Shown in pieces: positions 22,882 to 30,468 of a DNA stretch of 64,000 nucleotides. Numbering within the stretch: the first letter of the stretch is position 1; every line of letters begins with the position of its first letter. Source of the stretch: Emiliania huxleyi CCMP1516 (Eukaryota); the NCBI RefSeq assembly GCF_000372725.1, contig NW_005201202.1, positions 124,001-188,000 of the forward strand. The letters run 5' to 3'. The position numbers were made by a program, and so were the translations under genes. The notes below the pieces were generated by a model. The model was not told the DNA's origin and did not search any database. It saw nothing but the letters and a program-made list of their open reading frames with translations.

Positions 22882-25800
22882 TGGCCAGCGGCAGCCTCCG
22901 ACCCGCCCGGCGGCCCATCGACGCCGAGTGTGGTGCCCGAGGCAACCGTGCCAGTGTCGTGCGTGACTGATGTGAGTGATTCGGCTGTGTGTGCGCATGG
23001 GTGTGATACGCAGCATGACAGCGGAGGGGAGGGCGGCGGGAGCGATGTGGAGGTGGGTTCTAGTGCGCCCCCGCCGCAATCGCCGCATCCCCGAGACGGA
23101 CGGAAGTCCGTCGATCGAGATTTGGCAGCAGCTGCTCTGGGCAGCTGCGACACTAGCCCGAGCGCGCCGCGCGGGCTCCTCCTGCACCTGTTCGCGGGCG
23201 GGCCGCGGGATGGGAGCTTCGCGCACTTTGCCACCGCGCTCGGCTTTGATGTGATTGAGAGAGACATCATCCTCGACCCCGGCCATAACCTGGTCGACGA
23301 TGGCGTCTTCGCCGAGGTGATGGAGCTCATTCAGAGCGGCGCGGTCAAGGCGGTGCTTTTGGGCACGCCGTGCGGCACCTTCTCCGTCCTGCGCATCCCG
23401 CAGCAGGATGGTCGAGAGGGCCCGCCGCAGCTGCGCGACCGGCTACACCCCATGGGCATGCCCGGCGTGCCGCGCCAAAACCTCAACGAGCTGGCGACCG
23501 CAAACGTTCTCGTGCGTAGAACCGTGATCATCGCTCAGGCCATCGCCGACGCGGGCGGCGTCTTCATCATCGAGAACCCGCCCGACAGAGGCGATGGCCC
23601 GCTCTACCAGGCCAAGTTTGCATCGCACGCGCCTCTGTGGCTGGTGCCAGAGGTCATCGAGCTCGCCGACCGCACTGGAGCGATCAAGATCACCTTCCCC
23701 CAGTGCGCCCTCGGCTCGGACTTTCAGAAGTGGACGACGCTGCTGGTCTCGCCGCAGCTAGTCCCGCAGCTCGTGGACCTCTCGAGGCTCGCGTGCCAGC
23801 ACCCCGACGGCCACCGTGACGTCGCTGTCGGCGCACGTGCAGCGCGGGCTGCTGCGTACCCTCCGTTGATGAACCGCAGACTGGCCGAGGCGATCTCGGA
23901 CTGCCTCACGTCGCTCGGCGGCGGTGCTCCGAAGGAGAGCAGCCATCTCGCCGGCGACGCTGCGGGCGAGGCTAGCGAGCCGGCGGGCGAGGATCTCGAC
24001 GCCCCCGCCGCCGGCCGCGGCTCGCCAGGCATCGTCGCAGATGCTGTCGATTGCCGTCGTAACGATCTGCGTGGCAGCAAAAGGTCGCGCGACGGGATGC
24101 GCGACGCGCAGCTGTCTCAGCGCGCGCGACAGCGACTGAAGCGGCGGCAGGCCGCATCCAGTGGTGAGGCAGGCGACGGGCGAGGTCCTGGGTGCAGAAC
24201 CCGCCCCGACCCTGCCGATCCACCGGAGCGCGACACTGCTGCCGACACCGAGCTACTGCCAGAGGCCGCGCAGGCGCCCGCCATGGCGGTCGGGTCTGCC
24301 ATGCCCCATGCGGGGCCGCTCGGCGAGGTGGCGGTCGGCCGGCGGTCGGACGAGGGGTCGGTCGACATCACACGCCTCGGCGTGCTCGGCAATCCCTTTC
24401 CGATCCGCCCTCTCGTCGCGAGGGGCATGGATGACGAGGTGGCGCGCCGCGCAGTGTGCGACGCGCACAGGCTCTACCTGCGGCGCGTCATGAACAGGCA
24501 GGAGGCCGATCTCGCAGAGATAGCAGGCACAGTCGGCGCGCCAGCCGACGGTCAGCCTCTCGTCTATCAACAGCCTCCCGCACCGGAGGCAGTGCGAGGC
24601 GAAATCGACCGTCTTGCATTCGTCGTTGCCCGAGGTGGTCGCCTCCTCCTCGGCTGCGTGTGCGCACCCGAGCAGTGCCACGGCGACGCCGTGAAGGAGG
24701 CTATCCTCACGGCGGCGATGGAGAAGCGGGTCTGCGCCGAGCCGCGCGGCCCCCCCGCCTCCGGCTCGCTGCGGAGGCTGGTTCCCGAGCAGGAGGACGT
24801 TCTCCGAGGTAAGCTGCTGCCCGTCGCCAACGAGCCGCCGTCGACCGACCCCGTCGAGCCGCCCGCCGAAGATCGGACTCCGCCGGCCCCGCTGCGCACC
24901 GCGGAGCTCATCCCCGGGCCAGTCATACGGCGGCTGCGGCGGTTCCGCCGGGACGTACGCACGTGCCTGCGGCTGGCGGCCAAAGGCAAGTGGAAGCGAG
25001 CGAGGGGCGCTCGACCCGAGGCCGTCTACCTCAGCGAGGAGGAGGCGATCCTTCCGGCGGGCCGAGGTTGGACCTGGCGCCACGATCCCGACGCCGACCT
25101 GTGGCACCCGATCACGCCCTCCGCGTGGCCCTCCTCCGAGCCCGTCGGCGAGCTCGACCGCGCCGCCGTCGCCGAGCTCGCCACCGATTACCCGGACCAG
25201 GAGATCGTCTCGTACATGTTGCACGGATACCCGGGCCCGCACATTGCGCCGAGATGCCTGCTCGGCCAGCCGCACGTCGGCGCGCTCAAGGAGCACGCCG
25301 GCTTTGCCAAATGCGCGGCCAAGGACCGCGCCAAGGGCTGGGTCGAGGCTGGCAGAGAGCTTCCTCCCGTCTGGCCTTACTGCGCCGACCCCTTCAACGT
25401 TGTCGAGCGTTATGGCAAGTACCGCATGACCATCGACAAGACGATGACGCTAGTCCCCGGTGTTACCTCGTACAATGACTCGGTCGACCTCGACTCGATC
25501 GACCCAGTCGAGTACGCCACCATCCGGGACCTCGCCGAGGCGTCCGCGATACTCGCGACCGCCGGAGTGCCCATCGCGCTCTGGGGCTTCGACCTGGAGG
25601 CGTACTTCCGTAAAACCGGCAAGCAGCGGCGCGACGTCTGGATGTCCGGCTTCGTCCACGAGGACGGTTTCGGACTCGACGAGCGGATCCAGTTCGGGCA
25701 GCGCGAGGCTCCAGTCCTCATGTCCCGACAGAGCTGCTATCTCGTCTGGGCGATACGTCGCGAGATCGAGCGGCTCGAAGCCAAGTACCCGCCGAGGGAT

Positions 25801-26937
25801 CCCGTGGTCAGGCGCTGGCTCGAGGCGCGGCGTCGGCTCGCTGCCGGCGCCGCGGCGTACCGCGGGGCCGCTCTCTCCTTCATCCTCATGTACGTCGACG
25901 ACCTGGGCGGCGTCTGCGTTGATGATGACGTCGAGGTTGACGGAGTCGTGTGGCGGCGCAGCCAGCTTTACTATGTGGCCGCCAAGGCTGTGGTCGAGCA
26001 GCTCGGCCACTCCATGGCCGACGACAAGCTCAGCCCACCTTCGCGCGAGGGCATGGAGTTTCTCGGCGCGTACCTGCGGATCCTAGATCAGCGCGTCCTG
26101 CCCGCCGAGGGCAAGTGCGAGAGGTATGCCGCGGCGACTCGCGCCGTCCTCGATGTGGAGCCGTCCGGAGGCGTCGTGGTCGTGCCGAAGGAGGCGCTGA
26201 ACTCGCTCACGCACAAGCTGCTGCACGCGGCCTCGTTCATCCCGCTCGGTCGGCAGCATCTGTATCACGTGCGTCGCGCCCTCAAGGCGGAGAACAGGCT
26301 CGCCGGCGCGAGGGCGACGCTCGGCAGGGCCGCGCTCGCCGAGCTGCGGTGGCAGCTCGCTCAGCTGGAGCTCCAGGAGCCCGTCGGTGTACCGTTTGCC
26401 ACGCGGAGCCGCTTCCCGGCGGCGGGATCAGCCGGAGTGCTGACGCCCTACTCGGACGCCTCGAAGGAGGAGGACTCCTCCGAGAGCGGCTTCGGCGCGT
26501 GGTGCGTCATCGACGGCACTTTCGTGTACGTCGAGGGTCGCTGGACGCCGGAAGAGTGCAAGCAGCACTCGATCAACGTCCTCGAGCTCGCGGCGATGAA
26601 CATCGGCACGTTCGCCTTCCTCGACTACGCCGAGGGGCGCGGCTTTGACGTGCAATACGTGCACGAGTTCGTCGACAACGAAGCCGCCGAGTTTGTCGCT
26701 GACCGCGGCAAGCCGCGGGCGCCCGCGATGGAGGACCTGCTCGGGAGACGTTACGAAGCCTTTTGGGAGCGTGGCATCTTCGCCGCCGCCTCGCGCATCG
26801 CCTCCGTCGATAACGACATCGCTGATGGCCTGTCGAGGGGCGGCGAGAGGCTCGAGGACGCGCTGCGGATCGCCGCCGCGTCGGGCATGCCGACTCTCAA
26901 GCTCGAGCCGCAGCCGCGGTGGCGACAGCTGTCGTGA
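22882..26937 (+). CDS. Pol ORF2: C5 DNA-methyltransferase-like + DUF4326-like + reverse transcriptase + RNase H
   Basis: MTase-like HLFAGG, GTPCGTFS, IENP (23176-23890). DUF4326-like VDITR..LGNPF...LGCVCAPEQCHGD (24361-24700). RT FDLEAYFR, QFG, YVDD (25891). RNase H YSDAS, INVLELAA, VDN, NDIADGLSR. The frame is open from the gag stop codon. Confidence 0.88.
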   Translation, partial: WPAAASDPPGGPSTPSVVPEATVPVSCVTDVSDSAVCAHGCDTQHDSGGEGGGSDVEVGSSAPPPQSPHPRDGRKSVDRDLAAAALGSCDTSPSAPRGLLLHLFAGGPRDGSFAHFATALGFDVIERDIILDPGHNLVDDGVFAEVMELIQSGAVKAVLLGTPCGTFSVLRIPQQDGREGPPQLRDRLHPMGMPGVPRQNLNELATANVLVRRTVIIAQAIADAGGVFIIENPPDRGDGPLYQAKFASHAPLWLVPEVIELADRTGAIKITFPQCALGSDFQKWTTLLVSPQLVPQLVDLSRLACQHPDGHRDVAVGARAARAAAYPPLMNRRLAEAISDCLTSLGGGAPKESSHLAGDAAGEASEPAGEDLDAPAAGRGSPGIVADAVDCRRNDLRGSKRSRDGMRDAQLSQRARQRLKRRQAASSGEAGDGRGPGCRTRPDPADPPERDTAADTELLPEAAQAPAMAVGSAMPHAGPLGEVAVGRRSDEGSVDITRLGVLGNPFPIRPLVARGMDDEVARRAVCDAHRLYLRRVMNRQEADLAEIAGTVGAPADGQPLVYQQPPAPEAVRGEIDRLAFVVARGGRLLLGCVCAPEQCHGDAVKEAILTAAMEKRVCAEPRGPPASGSLRRLVPEQEDVLRGKLLPVANEPPSTDPVEPPAEDRTPPAPLRTAELIPGPVIRRLRRFRRDVRTCLRLAAKGKWKRARGARPEAVYLSEEEAILPAGRGWTWRHDPDADLWHPITPSAWPSSEPVGELDRAAVAELATDYPDQEIVSYMLHGYPGPHIAPRCLLGQPHVGALKEHAGFAKCAAKDRAKGWVEAGRELPPVWPYCADPFNVVERYGKYRMTIDKTMTLVPGVTSYNDSVDLDSIDPVEYATIRDLAEASAILATAGVPIALWGFDLEAYFRKTGKQRRDVWMSGFVHEDGFGLDERIQFGQREAPVLMSRQSCYLVWAIRREIERLEAKYPPRDPVVRRWLEARRRLAAGAAAYRGAALSFILMYVDDLGGVCVDDDVEVDGVVWRRSQLYYVAAKAVVEQLGHSMADDKLSPPSREGMEFLGAYLRILDQRVLPAEGKCERYAAATRAVLDVEPSGGVVVVPKEALNSLTHKLLHAASFIPLGRQHLYHVRRALKAENRLAGARATLGRAALAELRWQLAQLELQEPVGVPFATRSRFPAAGSAGVLTPYSDASKEEDSSESGFGAWCVIDGTFVYVEGRWTPEECKQHSINVLELAAMNIGTFAFLDYAEGRGFDVQYVHEFVDNEAAEFVADRGKPRAPAMEDLLGRRYEAFWERGIFAAASRIASVDNDIADGLSRGGERLEDALRIAAASGMPTLKLEPQPRWRQLS

Positions 26938-27139
26938 GTCCGTCCCGGGCCGTGTATGGCGCCGCGGGCGGCGGGTGGCTGGTTGCCCCCAGAAACCAGC
27001 TCGGGTACCCGTCTCGCCGACGTCGGGCGGGACTGGTACGGCAGTGGAGGCAGGAAGCCGCCCTGCCCGCGCCGACCGGACGGAGTAGTCCGTCGAGCGC
27101 GCCGTGGGGCCTGGAGATGCCCCGGAGCCAAGGAGCGTG

Positions 27140-27587
27140 CTGTCAGGGTCCCTTCAGGGAGCGACTGCACCGTGCTGTCAGGGTCCCCTCCGGGGAGCGA
27201 CGGTTCGAAGGGCGCTGTCAGGGTCCCCCTCGGGGAGCGACGGCGCCCGACCGTCAGGGTCCCTACGGGGAGCGACGGCTGAAGCGCAAGGGGTACTGTC
27301 AGGGTCCCTTTAGGGAGCGACGGTGCCCTACTGTCAGGGTCCCCTCCGGGGAGCGACGGTTCGAAGGGCGCTGTCAGGGTCCCCCTCGGGGAGCGACGGC
27401 GCCCGACCGTCAGGGTCCCTACGGGGAGCGACGGCTGAAGCGCAAGGGTACTGTCAGGGTCCCTTCAGGGAGCGACGGTGCCCTACTGTCAGGGTCCCTA
27501 CGGGGAGCGACGTTCGAAGGGCGCTGTCAGGGTCCCCCTCGGGGAGCGACGGCGCCCGACTGTCAGGGTCCCTACGGGGAGCGACGG
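27140..27587 (+). repeat. Array of 12 hairpin-forming repeats (consensus CYGTC-AGGG-TCCC-loop-GGGA-GC-GACGG), arranged as three 4-unit blocks
   Basis: Blocks start at 27140, 27296 and 27451. Linkers of 7-17 bp recur with period 4. Confidence 0.95.
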
Positions 27588-27861
27588 TACGCAGCCGCGG
27601 CAAAGGGCCTGCGCTGCAGTGGTCGCCACTTCAAATGGACTGGCGGGCAATGGGTGGATGACGAACGGCGGAACAATCCGTGGCATGGTTGCTCGGCCGG
27701 GAGCGTCGCTCTGATGAGCAGCGCCTCCCTCTCCCCGTCCTAGTCCCACCACACGCCTCGTGCGCATTGCCACCGGCGACTCGCCGGTCATCCGCATCTC
27801 TCTGGCCTTCTCAGGTGAGGAAAGGCCGCCTCAGCCGGATCCCGGGTACGGCTACGCCGCG

Positions 27862-29580
27862 ATGCCGGGCTGCGAGGCGAGCCGAGAGAGCACCACCCCG
27901 GTACCTGATCCATCGAGCCAAGCGCCCGCCCTCGCCCCGCACTGGCCGGGGAAGCGGAGTGCGCCGGAGCCGGATCCGCCGCGTTGGCGCGTCGACGAAG
28001 CGACGAGGGCAGCCGGGGCTGGCCGCGTCGCCGATCCAGAGAGCGCCCGGCGCGGAGGCAGCGCCGGAGGTGCCGGGCAGGGGGCCGTCTGTGACCCGTT
28101 CGTGGGGGGCGCGCCGCTCACTGCCGTCGCCGTCGAACGACCCGGCGACGCAGACGCGCCCAAGGCCGACGCTGCCCCGATGGGGAGCGCGTACCGCGAG
28201 CTCGAGACAGCCTCGGAACGGACAAGAGCCGATGGCGCCGTGCTCGCGGATCCGAAGCTTCGCCGGATGAGCGTTCGTTTCGCAGAGGCGATGGCGGTGC
28301 CGCCTGGAGACTTCGTGGAGGAGGAGGGCGGCCAGCGCGTCTTCGTGAAAGACGAAATCGCGCCCAGCCGCGCGTTCGCGGCGCTCTCGATCAAGGATCC
28401 AGCCGCGCGCGACGCGATCGGCTCGCAGTACCTCGACGACGAGGGTGAGCCGTTCAAGTACTCGTTCGACGCCTCCCTCGAGCCCAGCTCGCACCCGCTG
28501 GACGCGGAGAAGCAGCTGGAGCTACGAGGGCTCGACAAGGGGATCGAGCAGGCGCTCGAGGCCGCCACCCGCGATATGAAGGGCGGCGCAACATCCACCG
28601 GCGTCAGGGCGTGGCACGCCTTCTGCCGCCACTTTGGCCTCGCGCCGTACCGCCCGTTAGACACTATCGCCACTCTTCCGCGGAAGCTCGCCGAGGAGCG
28701 GCTCGTCATGCGCTTTGTCATGTGGCTGGTCGAGTCGAGGGACATTCTCGCCTCGACGGCAGCCAATTACGTAGGCTCGGTGCAAGGATGGCACCTCCGC
28801 CGAACGGGAGTCAAGTTGGCAGCCGGGATGAGGCTGGCTCGCGTGGCCGAGATGGTCAAGGGCCTGCGGCGGCTGCGAGGCGACCCCGGCCGACGAGTGC
28901 GCCGAGGCGTGTCGCCCGACGTGCTGCGCGCGCAAATGGACGCGATGCTCGATCCGAGGACGGTCGATGGCGCCAACATGCGCGCCGCCCTCTCGCTGGG
29001 CTTCCAGGGGCTGCTGCGGGGGGCCGAGTTCACCGTCAGAGGCCGCCAGTGGGACCCCGCCAGGGACATGTCGCGAGCTGACGTCGCTGAGCTCTCCGCG
29101 GAGAGAGCGGTCGTCATGATGCTGCCGTGCAAGAACATGCAGCATCTCAACGGCAAGACCGTCCCGCTCGTGGTCGGTGGCGGCGGGCTGTTCATCGACG
29201 CCCCAGCTGAGCTGCGCAACCTCCTCACCGTCGACCCGGTGTACGGCGACCGCGCCACGCGCACGCCGCTGTTCCGCCACGCCGATGGCTCCGCCATCAC
29301 CGAGGCGCAGGTGCGGGACATGATCAAGCGGCTGATGCAGCGCGCCGGTGCGTCGCCCGCCGAGTTCGGCGCCCACTCGCTGCGCATTGGTGGCGCGACG
29401 GCGCTCTTCAAAGCGGGCGCCTCCCAGATCGACATCATGACGATGGGGCGGTGGTCGTCCGACTGCTACCGCCTGTACGTCCGCGCCTGCTTCGGTCACG
29501 CCGTCGAGTGGTCGAGGAAGGCCGGGTCCACTAGCGTCGACGACGTCGCCGAGGAGTACAAGGAGGTGGACTGTTACTGA
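27862..29580 (+). CDS. Tyrosine recombinase ORF3 (start uncertain; frame open from at least 27760)
   Basis: FQGLLRGAEF, HSLRIGGAT and MGRWSSDCYRLYVR supply the R-HxxR-W-Y catalytic set typical of DIRS YR. Confidence 0.93.
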   Translation: MPGCEASRESTTPVPDPSSQAPALAPHWPGKRSAPEPDPPRWRVDEATRAAGAGRVADPESARRGGSAGGAGQGAVCDPFVGGAPLTAVAVERPGDADAPKADAAPMGSAYRELETASERTRADGAVLADPKLRRMSVRFAEAMAVPPGDFVEEEGGQRVFVKDEIAPSRAFAALSIKDPAARDAIGSQYLDDEGEPFKYSFDASLEPSSHPLDAEKQLELRGLDKGIEQALEAATRDMKGGATSTGVRAWHAFCRHFGLAPYRPLDTIATLPRKLAEERLVMRFVMWLVESRDILASTAANYVGSVQGWHLRRTGVKLAAGMRLARVAEMVKGLRRLRGDPGRRVRRGVSPDVLRAQMDAMLDPRTVDGANMRAALSLGFQGLLRGAEFTVRGRQWDPARDMSRADVAELSAERAVVMMLPCKNMQHLNGKTVPLVVGGGGLFIDAPAELRNLLTVDPVYGDRATRTPLFRHADGSAITEAQVRDMIKRLMQRAGASPAEFGAHSLRIGGATALFKAGASQIDIMTMGRWSSDCYRLYVRACFGHAVEWSRKAGSTSVDDVAEEYKEVDCY

Positions 29581-29669
29581 TGGAGGTGCCTGACACGCGA
29601 TCGCGTGGGGGGGGACTGCGCCCTGGCCGTTCCGGGCTCACGCGGTGGTCACACCATCCCGGAGAGCGA

Positions 29670-29866
29670 GGGGTAGGGAGCAGCACCTCCCCCCTCACCA
29701 CGCATGTCAGGCGCGGCCGCCGCCGAGCGCGGCGGCCGCCCAGGCCTCGTGGCCGATTTGTTTGTCTCGCAAGAGGAGCGCATTTCTCAATTCAACTACC
29801 TCCTCTTCTTCGAGACCCTCTCGCGCTATGAAGGCGGGCGAGAGGAGGGAGGGGCCCCTTGCAGAG
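29670..29866 (+). repeat. Split direct repeat B1
   Basis: 197 bp, no difference seen from 30238-30434. Confidence 0.95.
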
Positions 29867-30081
29867 GTGGCGTGAATGCTTTAGCATTCTCGCCCGCTCT
29901 GCTGAGGGGAGGGGCAGGACGAGCGGTCGCCTGAGGCGCCTATCTCTATCCACCCTCTCTTGTGGTTTGCCAGCGGGGCACGTGGCCAAGGACGACGTTT
30001 CAGATCGCGCGTCCGCTTGTTTGCGCACCCGCGTGCTCGTCCACGCCACTGTCCTCCCGCCCCCCTTTGATCTCTGTCGCC
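29867..30081 (+). repeat. Split direct repeat A2
   Basis: Copy of A1, directly abutting B1. Confidence 0.95.
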
Positions 30082-30237
30082 CCACCCGCCTCTCCCGAGC
30101 GACTGAGATTCGAGGTTGGTCTGTTCTGTTATCTGTTGGAGTCTTGCGAGTGTGTCCGTCGTCGTACCCTCCGCCGTCCATGCATGGTGTGTGTGGAGTG
30201 CTGTCTGTGGTGTTTTGTGGGGTGTGTGGGGGGGGAG

Positions 30238-30434
30238 GGGGTAGGGAGCAGCACCTCCCCCCTCACCACGCATGTCAGGCGCGGCCGCCGCCGAGCGCGG
30301 CGGCCGCCCAGGCCTCGTGGCCGATTTGTTTGTCTCGCAAGAGGAGCGCATTTCTCAATTCAACTACCTCCTCTTCTTCGAGACCCTCTCGCGCTATGAA
30401 GGCGGGCGAGAGGAGGGAGGGGCCCCTTGCAGAG
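30238..30434 (+). repeat. Split direct repeat B2
   Basis: Copy of B1 at the element's right end. Confidence 0.95.
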
Positions 30435-30468
30435 CGGGGACCCAATAACGATCGATTTGTTTGACAGC

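Larger units (their letters stand above)
20194..30434 (+). mobile_element. Tyrosine-recombinase retrotransposon (DIRS order, Ngaro/PAT-like split direct repeats), apparently intact
   Basis: Layout A1-gag-pol(RT/RH)-YR-B1-A2-spacer-B2. All three ORFs are uninterrupted and intron-free. Confidence 0.93.

Noticed and set aside
27140..27587. True CRISPR array
   Set aside because: Spacers are only 7-17 bp and recur with period 4, there are no cas genes, and the context is a eukaryotic retroelement.
20194..30434. LTR retrotransposon or DIRS1 with inverted terminal repeats
   Set aside because: No DDE integrase or protease is seen, and the repeats are split direct repeats.
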